DNA of 64,000 nt from Escherichia coli (GCF_003018115.1 NZ_CP027457.1); one strand, 5' to 3'. Shown: positions 25,759-36,067, counted from the stretch's first letter. The notes: generated by a model from the sequence alone, not told the origin. A program made the numbers and translations.

Positions 25759-25762
25759 ATTT

Positions 25763-26443
25763 TCATCCCCGCCCGATAACCACCACTTTCCCGTCACCGC
25801 CCTCATCACGGGTGCTGATGTCCTGGGATATCCGTCGTGAACCAACCAGCATTTCACCGTAAGGCACCGGCATCGGGTTACCCTGGGCAATCATGTTGTC
25901 CAGTGACGAAAAATACGTGTTCTGTCTGCCGTTATCCGTGCTTTTGTACTCCGGCGTCTTTGCCTTCGGGGCCAGCATCTGAGCCACACCACCCAGTATC
26001 ATGCTGGCACCCAGTGAGAACAGCATCGTGGTGGCAGTCAGCCCTCCGGCACTCAGGGCTGCGCCCCATGCCGCCAGTGTTGCACCACCAGTGAAAAATG
26101 ACCCGACAATCGCTGCAACCCCCAGCACCACCTGAAAAACACCATTTCCCCCGGCCCCTGCCAGCCTCGGTACAATATGAATCACGGCCCTCCCGCTCAG
26201 CGGTTCATGAAGACGGGCATACACCGCCTCCGGCGCGGTATCCTCACCGGCAATACGTATCTGGTACCAGCCTTCGTTCATCTGACAGCGGAATCCCGGC
26301 ACCTGCTGCGACAGGGCACGGATGGCCTCCGCTGCCGTGTTCACATACAGACTGATGCGGCGACCAAATCGTTGTAAATCCCCGTGAAGGCAGATGCGGA
26401 CCAGTGGCGGTGACGCCAGACAGAATGCGTTCGTCGTTGCCAT
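25763..26443 (-). CDS. I: tail assembly protein I
   Basis: 226 aa MATTNAFCLASPPLVRICLHGDLQRFGRRI..., collinear with lambda I as I recall it. Confidence 0.9.
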   Translation of the reverse strand: MATTNAFCLASPPLVRICLHGDLQRFGRRISLYVNTAAEAIRALSQQVPGFRCQMNEGWYQIRIAGEDTAPEAVYARLHEPLSGRAVIHIVPRLAGAGGNGVFQVVLGVAAIVGSFFTGGATLAAWGAALSAGGLTATTMLFSLGASMILGGVAQMLAPKAKTPEYKSTDNGRQNTYFSSLDNMIAQGNPMPVPYGEMLVGSRRISQDISTRDEGGDGKVVVIGRG

Positions 26444-27084
26444 TTTTCAGAATACCTCTCCCGTTTACTCAGTTGTTCAGGTATATGGTGAAGCAATTCA
26501 CCGTTGCCACAGTAAATGGCGGCATGATTCGGCACCGATGAACCAAAGCAGCACAGCAGGATATCGCCTGCCTGTGCACAGGACGGAGACACACGGTAAA
26601 AGCCGTTTTCCGCCAGGTTGTCCAGGTACAGGTTCTGGCCGTTGCGCCACCAGTCATCCTCACGCACAAAATCCGGCAGCGTTATCCCCGCCAGATGGTA
26701 TGCATCCCGGAACAGGGTGTAACAGTCCGTCACACCGTGTTCAAAGCGCCGTCCGGTCAGGTGCGGCACACAGCGGAACCGGTGAATTTCACCCCGACAG
26801 ACCAGCCACCAGGGCAGGGCACTCTTTATCTGCAGCCGCCGGTCCGCCTCGCTCAGCCAGGGCAGACCACCGGGATGACTGTGGACCAGCGCCACAATCT
26901 CCCCCTGCATCTGTGCCTGCAGCCAGTCTTCCGGCGCAATACGAAAATACGCCTCCGGCTCTGCGGAGATATTCACGCAGGGCTGGTACCGTTCGCCCTC
27001 CGGGGTGCTTATCACGAAGCCGCACGACTCCGCAGGCGCACACCGCCGGGCATGCGCCAGAATCACTGATTCAGTCTGTGTCAT
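26341..27084 (-). CDS. K: tail assembly protein K (MPN/JAB + NlpC/P60)
   Basis: Listed ORF trimmed to MTQTESVILAHARRC...; ends ..WRHRHWSASAFTGIYNDLVAAS as in lambda K; overlaps I. Confidence 0.85.
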   Translation of the reverse strand: MTQTESVILAHARRCAPAESCGFVISTPEGERYQPCVNISAEPEAYFRIAPEDWLQAQMQGEIVALVHSHPGGLPWLSEADRRLQIKSALPWWLVCRGEIHRFRCVPHLTGRRFEHGVTDCYTLFRDAYHLAGITLPDFVREDDWWRNGQNLYLDNLAENGFYRVSPSCAQAGDILLCCFGSSVPNHAAIYCGNGELLHHIPEQLSKRERYSEKWQRRTHSVWRHRHWSASAFTGIYNDLVAASVCM

Positions 27085-27094
27085 AAAACGGGAT

Positions 27095-27793
27095 TTACTG
27101 CGAAAGTTTATTAATGGAAAGGAAACCGCCGAAATTAGCCACCATGCCGCGCATCTCACACCCGCGCATGCATTTACTGCATCTGTCCTTCCGGATATCC
27201 GTGGTGGGGTTGTCGAACTCATCCGCCACTGCCGGACCGTTATACCCGCATTCATCGCCCCGGTAATCCCACATACAGGTGTTCGCCAGCATGATGCGAC
27301 CGGGAAACAGCGCACCGTCCGTCTCCGTCGGTGTCGCCAGCACAAACGAGGCCGTCATGGCCGTCAGCGCTGACATCTGCTCCACCACCCAGCGGTCCGT
27401 CAGCTCCTGCTCCGGGTCTGCCTCAGGATTGCCTGCCACAAAGTTCACCGCATCCAGAAAACGCGCATACACCCGGCGACGGACCACCGTGGCCCCCACC
27501 AGGCTCTGCAAATCCTCCGCCATCCCGGTGGCAAGGCCAAACAGATTGGACACCGTCAGCGACGGGCGGGCACTGCTGCCCTTTCCGTTCATCTCAAAGC
27601 CGCTGCCCTCAATCGGGTAGGCCTGATATTCACGCCCCTGCCAGGTCACCGGCTCCCCTTTTTCATTCAGCTCATTGCAGAAAAAATACCGCTCACCGCC
27701 CTGCACCGTCAGGTCGATTTCCCAGAGCACCACCCGCGGTGACTGCTCTGACTTAACCGACTCGTTCAGGCTTTCTTCGTGAATATCCTGCAT
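27095..27793 (-). CDS. L: minor tail protein L
   Basis: 232 aa, lambda L-like. Confidence 0.9.
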   Translation of the reverse strand: MQDIHEESLNESVKSEQSPRVVLWEIDLTVQGGERYFFCNELNEKGEPVTWQGREYQAYPIEGSGFEMNGKGSSARPSLTVSNLFGLATGMAEDLQSLVGATVVRRRVYARFLDAVNFVAGNPEADPEQELTDRWVVEQMSALTAMTASFVLATPTETDGALFPGRIMLANTCMWDYRGDECGYNGPAVADEFDNPTTDIRKDRCSKCMRGCEMRGMVANFGGFLSINKLSQ

Positions 27794-28122
27794 CAGTTCA
27801 CCACCTGCTTAAACTCCGCGCTGAACTCAACGCGCAACATCCCGACCCGCGCAGACCACCCGGCACAGGTCACCTTTATCTGCCGCCAGGCATAGGGCGG
27901 CGTCCACAGAAATGCCTTCCAGCCCCCGTGCTCTGCCAGGAACGCTTCCAGATGCCGGGCCTCCTCCCGGCTCACGGAAAGCATAACCCGGTATGTTTTC
28001 AGGTCAGCATTCAGCCCTGCCGCCATACGCTGTGAGTACCCGTCACCAAAACGCACTTCACGCACCGACGGCTGCGAGTTCACCTCCATATCCGGCTTCA
28101 CTTTCCAGCGAAAGGTTTTCAT
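27793..28122 (-). CDS. M: minor tail protein M
   Basis: 109 aa, lambda M-like, stop/start overlap with L. Confidence 0.88.
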   Translation of the reverse strand: MKTFRWKVKPDMEVNSQPSVREVRFGDGYSQRMAAGLNADLKTYRVMLSVSREEARHLEAFLAEHGGWKAFLWTPPYAWRQIKVTCAGWSARVGMLRVEFSAEFKQVVN

Positions 28123-30752
28123 CGCCCGCTCCCTGATAACATACCGCCATCACGCAACTGCAGCCGGAGCTCATCCTGCGCCCCCTTGCGGGCCATGTCA
28201 TACACCGCCTTCATCAGCTGCGGCCCCGCCTGTCCGTTGATACCGTCGTTCTGAATCACCACGTGATTGTTCTGATTAAAATTAATACCTTCCGCCCGCC
28301 GCATCTGCGCCGGACTTCCGGCACCACCCACATAACCCCCTTCCGCATAGCCGCGCATCAGACGGTAAAGATTCCCCACGCCTATCCGGCTGGTTGCCTC
28401 CTTCGTGAAGACAAACTCCCCGCGGTGAACTATCCCCGCAGGCTCATATTTGCCGCCCGTGCCCGTAAATCCGCCGGTCGCAAAATGAAAGTTCGCCGCT
28501 GCAGCCTGAATGGCTGTCCCCGTGGAAGCGGATGCGCCAGCACCACCAATGGCTCCCCCTATGGCGCTGCCGATACGCCCGACAATGCCCACCATGGCCT
28601 GTTTAAGCAGGATTTCTGTCATCATGGACAGCACCGAACGGGTGAATCCCCGCCAGTTCTGTTCGCTGCCGGTCAGCATCGCCGCCATATTCTGTGCAAT
28701 ACCATCAAAGGTCTGCGTGGCCACACTTTTAACCTGCGAAAAACTGTCCGTCGCACTTTCCGCCCACTCGCCCCAGCCGGACTTCAGCCCGGCCAGCCAG
28801 TCACCGCGCAGCATGTCTTCATCCGCCCATGTCTGTTTCAGTGCCCCGGTGACCCGGGCCAGCGCCAGCGGATTATCGCCATACATGTCACGAAGACGCT
28901 GCGCTTCAGACTCCCGCTGCGCCTGACGGTCAGTGAGACCGCGGGCTTTTGCGCTGATGGCGGCCTGCTTCGCGCTCTGTTGCTCTTCAAACCGCACAGC
29001 CTGCTGTGCCAGCTCATTCAGCCGTTTCTGGTGCTCCACCTTGTCGCCCAGCTCAGCCAGCTGGCGTTTGTACTCCAGCGTTTCTTTCTCATGAGCCAGC
29101 AGGGATTTTTCCTGCCCGGATAACTGTCGTTTCGTGGCAGCCTCTTTCAGGACCGCATACTGACTTTCTGCCTTCCATAAATCACGGCGCTGCCGGCTGA
29201 TTTTCTCATTCGCACCGCTGTGTTTTTCCAGCGTCCTGAGTTCAGCTTCAAGGGCAAGCAGGGCTGCATGCGCCCGGTCTTCCTGACGCTCCCCGGCTGA
29301 CACTCTGACACCTGACGACTTCGGTTTTTTCTGCGTTGATTCATAATCCTTTTTCGCCGACGCCATCAGCGTGTTGTAATCTGCCTGCAGGATTTTCCCG
29401 TCTTTCAGGGCCTGATTCAGCTCTTTCTGCCGGGCGGTATATTTATCCAGCGGCGACAACAGGCGTTCATACGCTTTCTGCGCCTCTCCGGTATACTTCA
29501 GCTGTGACGCCTCACGCTCAGCCCTGTCCCTTGCCGCCAGTTCACCGGCTTTTTCCATATCCGACTGCAGCGTTGCCGCCGCCAGCCCCAGACGGGCATT
29601 TTCCCGGTCATCCCATGCACCCTGAAGGTTGGCCCGGAACGAGGCGGTTTTACCGCGGCGCTGGCTCCGGCTCTGGTACCACTGCCATTTTTTATCCGCC
29701 TCATCAAATGCCTTCTGCGCACTGGCGAGCATATCCGCTGAGGATTCAGGACGACCGATATCCAGAATGGCATCCCACATCGATTTGAACGCCTTTCCTG
29801 TTTTATCCGCCCAGGTTTCCAGCGTCCCCATGTTCTCTTTCAGGCGGCGGGTCTGCTCATCAAAGCCTTTCGTGGCAATATCGTTCGCCGCCTGTAAGGC
29901 ACCGGCCTCGTCTCCGGAACGCTGCAGCTGAACAACATACGCAATCTGCTCCGCCGTCACGTTACGGAACTGGCGCGCCATCGCCATCAGTCCCGACGTC
30001 GGGTCGGTGGTCAGTTTTCCGAAAGCCTCTGCAACCTTGTCCACCTCCACACCGGAGGCAGACGCAAAACGCGCCACACTCTGGTTAATGGCATCAAACT
30101 GTTCACCACCACGCACACCGGCACTGACCAGGGCTGCCAGTGACTCTCCCGCCTGGTTAAACGTCAGCCCTGCCGCCTGCCCGGCTCTGGAGAGCGTCAG
30201 CATGCGCTCTGCCGTCAGTCCTGACTGATTACCGGAAAGAACCAGGGTTTTATTAAACGCTGAAAGCGTGGAATCCCCCTGGTACCAGGCGTACGCCAGC
30301 GCACCGGTCGCCACCGCCAGCGAGGTGACCCCGACCATCGGCAGGCTGATCGCACCGGCAAGCCCCCGGAACATGGGGATCATCCCGCCGAATGAGTCCT
30401 TCACCTGACCGCCCTGTTGCAGCAGGATGAGCCAGGGATTCTGACCACCGGCAAGCTGCGTGGCCACGTCGGTGAACTGCATGGGTAGCATACGCATGGC
30501 GGCTTTATACTGCCCGACGGACATCCCGGCTTTTTGTGCTGCCAGCGCCTGACGGCTCAGCCCCTGTTCAACGGCAGCGGCCTGTTTCTTAAAAGACTGG
30601 CTGACACGCCCGGCCATCAAATCCGCAAGGTCACTGGTTTCACCCAGTTCTTTCTTTACCCGTGCAGCCTCTTCAGAAAAACGGGTTGAATCCAGTGTAA
30701 GAACAGCTGTCAGATCGGCAAAATTACCCGCCATAGCGTACACCTCCTGCAA
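28119..30752 (-). CDS. H: tail tape measure protein H
   Basis: 877-aa ORF, coiled-coil-rich with C-terminal Gly-rich hydrophobic segment. Confidence 0.9.
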   Translation of the reverse strand: MQEVYAMAGNFADLTAVLTLDSTRFSEEAARVKKELGETSDLADLMAGRVSQSFKKQAAAVEQGLSRQALAAQKAGMSVGQYKAAMRMLPMQFTDVATQLAGGQNPWLILLQQGGQVKDSFGGMIPMFRGLAGAISLPMVGVTSLAVATGALAYAWYQGDSTLSAFNKTLVLSGNQSGLTAERMLTLSRAGQAAGLTFNQAGESLAALVSAGVRGGEQFDAINQSVARFASASGVEVDKVAEAFGKLTTDPTSGLMAMARQFRNVTAEQIAYVVQLQRSGDEAGALQAANDIATKGFDEQTRRLKENMGTLETWADKTGKAFKSMWDAILDIGRPESSADMLASAQKAFDEADKKWQWYQSRSQRRGKTASFRANLQGAWDDRENARLGLAAATLQSDMEKAGELAARDRAEREASQLKYTGEAQKAYERLLSPLDKYTARQKELNQALKDGKILQADYNTLMASAKKDYESTQKKPKSSGVRVSAGERQEDRAHAALLALEAELRTLEKHSGANEKISRQRRDLWKAESQYAVLKEAATKRQLSGQEKSLLAHEKETLEYKRQLAELGDKVEHQKRLNELAQQAVRFEEQQSAKQAAISAKARGLTDRQAQRESEAQRLRDMYGDNPLALARVTGALKQTWADEDMLRGDWLAGLKSGWGEWAESATDSFSQVKSVATQTFDGIAQNMAAMLTGSEQNWRGFTRSVLSMMTEILLKQAMVGIVGRIGSAIGGAIGGAGASASTGTAIQAAAANFHFATGGFTGTGGKYEPAGIVHRGEFVFTKEATSRIGVGNLYRLMRGYAEGGYVGGAGSPAQMRRAEGINFNQNNHVVIQNDGINGQAGPQLMKAVYDMARKGAQDELRLQLRDGGMLSGSGR

Positions 30753-31176
30753 TTCCCTCAGACACCATCATCAGCATGGCTTCATCCTCTGTGCTGCTCC
30801 GCATGTCATCACTGACCGTAACGATTTCCTTCCCGTCAGCACCAAAGCGGACACCACCAGAAAGTCCTGCCGCTTTCCGCATCAGCATATCGTCCTCATC
30901 CGGCCTCTCCGTCTGCGCTTCCTCACGCCGGGGGACAAGCAGACTGAAATCCGAGGGATGCATATCCGGATCGCATAAAAACAGGCTGAGTACGGCGTAC
31001 GTCAGCCCGGAAAAATGCATATCCAGCTGGGTATCGTGAAAATAATGCGTGCGGTAAAAACGGTGCCAGTCGGCATATTCGGTGGATGTCATCCCGGCAA
31101 GCATGGCGCGCCAGTCGGGTCTCCCCATCTCACGCGCCAGTCTGAGGGCAAAGTTCAGCTCGCCGTCGAAGACTTT
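30724..31176 (-). CDS. T: T-frame part of the G-T tail assembly chaperone (reached by -1 frameshift)
   Basis: ORF 30724..31128 overlaps the 3' end of G in the -1 frame; slippery GGGAAAG sits in the overlap. Confidence 0.75.
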   Translation of the reverse strand, partial: KVFDGELNFALRLAREMGRPDWRAMLAGMTSTEYADWHRFYRTHYFHDTQLDMHFSGLTYAVLSLFLCDPDMHPSDFSLLVPRREEAQTERPDEDDMLMRKAAGLSGGVRFGADGKEIVTVSDDMRSSTEDEAMLMMVSEGIAGGVRYGG

Positions 31177-31586
31177 CCCGCAGAAAAATCATCATCAGTC
31201 AGCGCGTTATTTTTCGCCACTTCAGTAATATCAGTATCCGGACGAACAGCTTCGATCATCCCGGACAGGCACAACACAACGTCTTCCGCCCGGGCAATGG
31301 CATCGGCAGGCCAGGTGGTGAGCACTTCCTGCTCTATCTTCATCACGGCCTCATTCATTGACGGTGACGCCGTTTTCTGTGGATGGTTATGCCACAGGGA
31401 CATCGCCACCAGAAACGCCCCGGTTCTGACAAGGTCCTCCACGCTCACCTGCAGGTTACCGCTGGCTTCAGCCTCTTCTGCCCGCCGTTTCAGGAGGGCA
31501 AGATGCTCAATACGCTGCAGCGCAGACAGCTCAGAAAGCGTGACAGACACACCGTTATATTCAAATTGTTCTGTTTTCAGAAACAT
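31155..31586 (-). CDS. G: tail assembly chaperone G
   Basis: 143-aa ORF between V and T, lambda G-like. Confidence 0.85.
   Translation of the reverse strand: MFLKTEQFEYNGVSVTLSELSALQRIEHLALLKRRAEEAEASGNLQVSVEDLVRTGAFLVAMSLWHNHPQKTASPSMNEAVMKIEQEVLTTWPADAIARAEDVVLCLSGMIEAVRPDTDITEVAKNNALTDDDFSAGKSSTAS
31173..31179 (-). other. programmed -1 ribosomal frameshift slippery heptamer (G/GT)
   Basis: Minus-strand G GGA AAG near the end of G, same heptamer as lambda G-T. Confidence 0.75.
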
Positions 31587-31605
31587 GCTTTATCACTCCC
31601 TCAGC

Positions 31606-32355
31606 TTAACCCGCTGCACCATCCGTGACGGTGATCTCCGCCACCGCCGCAAACTCACCATTGCCGGTAACCACAGGAATCTGCGCTTTACCTGCCGCAA
31701 CACCTTTCACGGTGATCGTGTTCCCTTTCACGGTAATGGTCGCAAAATTCTGATTTGCCGACGTGGCACGGAAGGTTTTATCCGTCGCCCCTTCCGGCTG
31801 AACAGCCACGGTCAGGGTGATATTCTGACCTTTTGCCACATTGCCCTTTGGTGGCGTCACGGTAATACCGGTGACCGGTGTGATGTCCCCCTGATCTTCC
31901 GCCAGAGACGGACGACCGATATTGGTGATTTTTACCGTACGGGTGATCACCTCTTTGGCGGTCACCGCTTTACCAATGGCGCTCACCCAGCCACGGAACA
32001 CATCCACCGTACCGTTCGGGAAGCGGATTTTGTAGGCCCGGGTCTCACTGCTGTCAAACCAGGCAATCAAATCGCGCTGCCCTTTCTCGCCCGGCTTCCA
32101 GGCCAGCGTAAAACTGGTGTCACCGGCAGATTTCTGCCCCTGCCCGGTGGATACCCAGTCAGCATCCTCATCATCCAGATAGTTATCATCGTAGGATTCC
32201 GCCGTCATCTCGCCGGGGGTCAGATCCTTCACCTTCGCCAGTCGCTGCCAGTCATCGTCTGACAACGGTTTTGCATAAGCATCACCAGTGCCGGTGTACA
32301 CCCACAGTGTGGTACCGGAACCTTTCACCGGCTCAAGAGGATTTGGTGTTGCCAT
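31606..32355 (-). CDS. V: major tail protein V (C-terminal Ig-like domain)
   Basis: 249 aa [22 protein letters not shown]... Confidence 0.9.
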   Translation of the reverse strand: MATPNPLEPVKGSGTTLWVYTGTGDAYAKPLSDDDWQRLAKVKDLTPGEMTAESYDDNYLDDEDADWVSTGQGQKSAGDTSFTLAWKPGEKGQRDLIAWFDSSETRAYKIRFPNGTVDVFRGWVSAIGKAVTAKEVITRTVKITNIGRPSLAEDQGDITPVTGITVTPPKGNVAKGQNITLTVAVQPEGATDKTFRATSANQNFATITVKGNTITVKGVAAGKAQIPVVTGNGEFAAVAEITVTDGAAG

Positions 32356-32362
32356 ATCGTCC

Positions 32363-32761
32363 TCACATCTCGTAGGTAATTTTCCACAGGAGATCTGCCG
32401 ATCCCCACATCATAAACTCATCATCCCGGCGGTAGTCATACCCCTGAAGATTCATTTTCAGCAGTAATGCACTGAGCCCTGGAACTGCCTCCAGCGCCGG
32501 AAGTATTTTTTCTTCCATCCACATATCCAGTGCCGAGTCCGGTTCTTTTGCCCTGAGAAAAACCTCAATATGCAGTGTCGCCTCCCAGGTTCCCTCATCA
32601 ACGAACTCGTCAGCAGCAGACGCATCAGTCAGGTAAACAGCAACAGCAGGCAGTTCCTGTTCATCAATAAAAACCGGGCGACCGTCAAACCAGCTCACCC
32701 TCTCAGAAATATTTTCTTTCAGGGCAGACAGAACTGCCGCCCGTATTTCACGGTGTTTCAT
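32363..32761 (-). CDS. U: minor tail protein U (tail terminator)
   Basis: 132-aa ORF in lambda U position. Confidence 0.8.
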   Translation of the reverse strand: MKHREIRAAVLSALKENISERVSWFDGRPVFIDEQELPAVAVYLTDASAADEFVDEGTWEATLHIEVFLRAKEPDSALDMWMEEKILPALEAVPGLSALLLKMNLQGYDYRRDDEFMMWGSADLLWKITYEM

Positions 32762-32773
32762 ACACCCTCCCAG

Positions 32774-33403
32774 TCATTTTCTTTTCAGCACCAGGCGTAA
32801 CTGATGCGTCATGGCTTTCATCATCTGCGTCGGTAATTTTTCCCGGTACATCCGGTCCCGTTCACGTTCAAAGGTTTCTGCCAGCGGTCCGGCAGTCGGA
32901 ATCTTCACCACTTCGATCGGCAGACGGTGGCGTTTCGGCCTCCCTTTGCTGTCAGCGCCGGTGGACGATGATGCCCACGGCATACGCTGCATCACATGCC
33001 AGCGTCCGTTAGCCAGCCGGGTGATAAAGGCGTCCGGGATCCGTCTTTTCCCCACAATCAGCACGCTGCCACCGCCTTTCGTGACCGAACGCTCGCCTTT
33101 CTTTCGTCGCTTTCTGCGGGAAAGCCGCACGCTGGCCGTCCCCAGTTTTATGGCGGGCAGATTACCGGTGTTGATGATGACCTTCGCATAAACCCTGTCT
33201 GCGCTGGCCCGTTGCAGGCGGATACGCTCACGGATGAGACGGCGCGGAACCGCCAGCTCCCTGGCAACCGAAGAGGCCGTTTTCGCGATGATGGACTCCG
33301 CCACACGGTTAAGTGTCGTGGCGGCAGCCCGGGGAACGGCACGGCGGTCAATTGCATCCAGATTTTTCATGGCCTGCGCCAGACCTTTTATTGCCATACT
33401 CAT
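32774..33403 (-). CDS. minor tail protein Z-like
   Basis: 209-aa basic ORF in lambda Z position. Confidence 0.6.
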   Translation of the reverse strand: MSMAIKGLAQAMKNLDAIDRRAVPRAAATTLNRVAESIIAKTASSVARELAVPRRLIRERIRLQRASADRVYAKVIINTGNLPAIKLGTASVRLSRRKRRKKGERSVTKGGGSVLIVGKRRIPDAFITRLANGRWHVMQRMPWASSSTGADSKGRPKRHRLPIEVVKIPTAGPLAETFERERDRMYREKLPTQMMKAMTHQLRLVLKRK

Positions 33404-33681
33404 TCCTGTTCGACAAAAATCCGGGGTTTACCGTTGTACGTGTCATAACGGGTCACCGTCAGTGTGCGGCCCTCAAACACAACAACATCATGACGGGCCG
33501 GACGGTACCGGGCTGAAAACACCACCAGTGACAACTGGCTGCCCGAAAGCGCCCCCATCTCCGCGGACTCTTCCTCCGGCATCACGTCATACACGACGCC
33601 GTTAATCTCCGCCTGTTTGCCCATCACCCGAACGGTCGCCCCGTCCATCCGGCAACACATTCGCGTAAACAGGTCAGACAT
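33400..33681 (-). CDS. head-tail joining protein (FII-like), putative
   Basis: 93-aa ORF between head and tail modules; position only. Confidence 0.4.
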   Translation of the reverse strand: MSDLFTRMCCRMDGATVRVMGKQAEINGVVYDVMPEEESAEMGALSGSQLSLVVFSARYRPARHDVVVFEGRTLTVTRYDTYNGKPRIFVEQE

Positions 33682-34000
33682 TGATTTTTACCGCCACAGT
33701 GGCGCTGTTTGCAGGAGCATTTTCCCAGGCTACCCCCGCGGCCACCGCACCGTCTGCAGCCAGCTGCACAACCCCGTCCTTCAGATAAACCACCGCGCCG
33801 GACTGAATGTCGTCAGCAGACTGTTTGGGCAGCAGGAACACGCCTTCGGCAAAACCGTCACCGGCCTCACCGGCAGGAATATCGGTAATGGCCACGGCCA
33901 CCATACTGCCGACCACCACCGCAGCACCGCTCAGGATGGTCTGATCTCCGGCATTCACCAGTTCAATGGTGGTACCGTCCTGTACAAAATTTTTCGCCAT
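33674..34000 (-). CDS. small head protein (DUF2190-like, putative decoration/cement protein)
   Basis: 108-aa Gly/Ala/Val-rich ORF immediately 3' of the capsid gene. Confidence 0.4.
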   Translation of the reverse strand: MAKNFVQDGTTIELVNAGDQTILSGAAVVVGSMVAVAITDIPAGEAGDGFAEGVFLLPKQSADDIQSGAVVYLKDGVVQLAADGAVAAGVAWENAPANSATVAVKINV

Positions 34001-34087
34001 AATGCTGTTTCTCCGGACAGCCCCAGTGGGGCTGTTTTTCAGGCATAAAAAAAGCCCTTTCGGGCAGTGATTGTGATAACGCGGTTA

Positions 34088-36067
34088 TCAGGCCACCGAC
34101 GAACGCACCAGTCCGCGCCAGTCAAGCGGTGCCACACCGGCATCAATACGAATTTTTGTGGCAATGCCGTCAGTGGTGAAACCTTCCTGCTGATCAATGT
34201 ATGGCGTGTCCACGCCATCCAGCCAGGCCACTTCAATGGTGTCAGTGCCCTGTGCCGCCGCCAGATACCAGGTTTTCGGATCTGCCGCATCAAGACGCGC
34301 TTCTGCAATCACCTCAGCAAAGTTCTGGATGGGGTTAATGACACCGGCGTTTGCATCCGCCCCTTTCACACTGGCCGATTTGATGGTCTGGTTCGCCACC
34401 GTCTCCAGTGCCACCGGTACCAGCATAAAGGCCGGACGGATATTCAGGGCGCGATCGCCTTCTTTCTGCAGGCGCATCATCTGACGGGCCGCATCCAGTC
34501 CGGAAACGGAGATCCCCCCGGTGGCAATATTTTTGTGATCGGCATGGAACAGCGCCTTACCGTCGGACAGTTTCGGGTTATCCGTCAGCACCTTGTAGAC
34601 CAGGTCACCAATCGTTGCCTTCGCCGCACGCCCCATCTTCATCGGCACGTCCACCAGCATATTCAGATCATCATTGATAATGGCCTGGCGGGTGATGGAG
34701 AAAATCTCCCCGTAAGTGGCCAGTGCAATGGTCTCCTTGCGATCTGAGGTGGTGATGTATTTATACTCCGCCCCCTCACGAACCTGGCGCAGAGAACCAA
34801 AACCGCCCATCCCCACGCGATACGCTGTTTTGAAGTCTGACAGGCGTCCCTTACGGGTCCACTTCTGGAAGGTTTCTTCTGATTCCTCCCAGCCCTGGAT
34901 CAGCCCCTTGTTCGACACATCCAGCAGGATATTGCCAAAATCAGAGGTGCTGTGCGTCAGCGCCAGCCCGACCATCTGCATGGGGTTATAACTGGCCACC
35001 CCAATACCGCGCTCCGTCAGTGACATACGAGCCCATTCACGCAGGGTCATCCCGTTATAGGCGTTATCCTTCTCGACATTTTCAAATCCGGCACGGGCCA
35101 GCATCGCCTGGCGGATTCCGTCCCCCACAAAATTGCCGTTTCCGGCATAAATATGAGCCGGTGTATTTTTGTTGGTCGGCGAGGACTCCTTGCCCATTTC
35201 ATTCAGCAGACGTTCACGGGCCATTTCCAGCGAACAGTCAGGATCAGCCACGCACTGTGCCTGAAGCGTCTGATAGCGACCGCCGAACATGGCAAACAGA
35301 TCGTTAATGCCTGACATGCGGGCTTTCTGTTCTGCCATAACGCGGGCGCGAATGGTCGCCTCATCAGACACTGCCGGTACCGGTGATGGTTCTGTTACCG
35401 CCGGTGCAGGGATTGTCACTGTGGTATCACGCGGGGCACTGTTGCGTGGCGGAGTAATCATGTTTCGGATGGATTCCGGCATCTTTTTAAATTCCTCTGT
35501 ACGTTTTGACTGAATACATGCCATTGCCTCAACAGCGGGTGTCACCTGGTCAGCAAATCCGTGTGCCAGACATTCGGCACCGGACATCCAGGTTTCATCC
35601 GCCAGCATGGCGGCAATTTCATCGGTGGTTTTTCCGGTTTTCTGCGCATAGGCTGGCAACAGTACCGATTCGACTTTATCCAGCAAATCGGCATAACTGC
35701 GCATATCCTCAGCATCCCCGCCACTGAATCCCCATGGCTTATGGATCATCATGAAGGCATTTTCCGGCATAATGACCGTATCACCGGCCATCGCAATCAC
35801 AGATGCCATCGAGGCGGCAACGCCATCCACATACACGGTAATGGTCGCCCCCTGATTTTTCAGGGCATTAAAAATGGCGATGCCTTCAAAGACATCGCCA
35901 CCCGGTGAATTGATATGGAGATTAATGTGGGTGATATCACCCAGTGCATTCAGTTCGCTGACAAACTGCTTCGCGGTAACTCCCCAGAAACCAATCTCGT
36001 CATAAATATAAATATCCGCCTCACCCTGACTACCCGCCAGCATCCTGAACCAGGATTTATTCTTCAT
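34088..36067 (-). CDS. prohead protease (ClpP/S49-like) fused to major capsid protein
   Basis: N-terminal ..INSPGGDVFEGIAIFNALKN..ASMASVIAMAGDTV.. protease motifs then ~400-aa capsid domain; start set at MKNKSWFRMLAG (uncertain). Confidence 0.75.
   Translation of the reverse strand: MKNKSWFRMLAGSQGEADIYIYDEIGFWGVTAKQFVSELNALGDITHINLHINSPGGDVFEGIAIFNALKNQGATITVYVDGVAASMASVIAMAGDTVIMPENAFMMIHKPWGFSGGDAEDMRSYADLLDKVESVLLPAYAQKTGKTTDEIAAMLADETWMSGAECLAHGFADQVTPAVEAMACIQSKRTEEFKKMPESIRNMITPPRNSAPRDTTVTIPAPAVTEPSPVPAVSDEATIRARVMAEQKARMSGINDLFAMFGGRYQTLQAQCVADPDCSLEMARERLLNEMGKESSPTNKNTPAHIYAGNGNFVGDGIRQAMLARAGFENVEKDNAYNGMTLREWARMSLTERGIGVASYNPMQMVGLALTHSTSDFGNILLDVSNKGLIQGWEESEETFQKWTRKGRLSDFKTAYRVGMGGFGSLRQVREGAEYKYITTSDRKETIALATYGEIFSITRQAIINDDLNMLVDVPMKMGRAAKATIGDLVYKVLTDNPKLSDGKALFHADHKNIATGGISVSGLDAARQMMRLQKEGDRALNIRPAFMLVPVALETVANQTIKSASVKGADANAGVINPIQNFAEVIAEARLDAADPKTWYLAAAQGTDTIEVAWLDGVDTPYIDQQEGFTTDGIATKIRIDAGVAPLDWRGLVRSSVA

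Larger units (their letters stand above)
24926..25760 (+). repeat. tandem array of four ~220-bp units, each a conserved AT-rich palindrome plus an intrinsic terminator (candidate sRNA gene family)
   Basis: Four copies of ..gtgaataaaaattctgaNtttattcacattt..ctcataatcac..cgttaca.. each ending in cccgcag-loop-ctgcggg + T6-7; no ORF of 60 aa or more. Confidence 0.75.

Noticed and set aside
24926-25760. Possible CRISPR array or IS remnant in the I-J repeat region
   Set aside because: Units are ~220 bp, each with an intrinsic terminator and no short repeat/spacer periodicity; no transposase-like ORF or terminal inverted repeats. Kept as a finding under an sRNA hypothesis.
28263-29788. Plus-strand ORFs of 286, 138 and 150 aa inside the tape measure gene
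   Set aside because: Antisense shadow ORFs with Pro/Arg-rich composition.
31015-32262. 415-aa plus-strand ORF spanning T, G and V
   Set aside because: Crosses three well-supported minus-strand tail genes; Cys/Arg-rich composition.
34067-35908. Plus-strand ORFs inside the protease-capsid gene
   Set aside because: Antisense to a gene with clear protease motifs.
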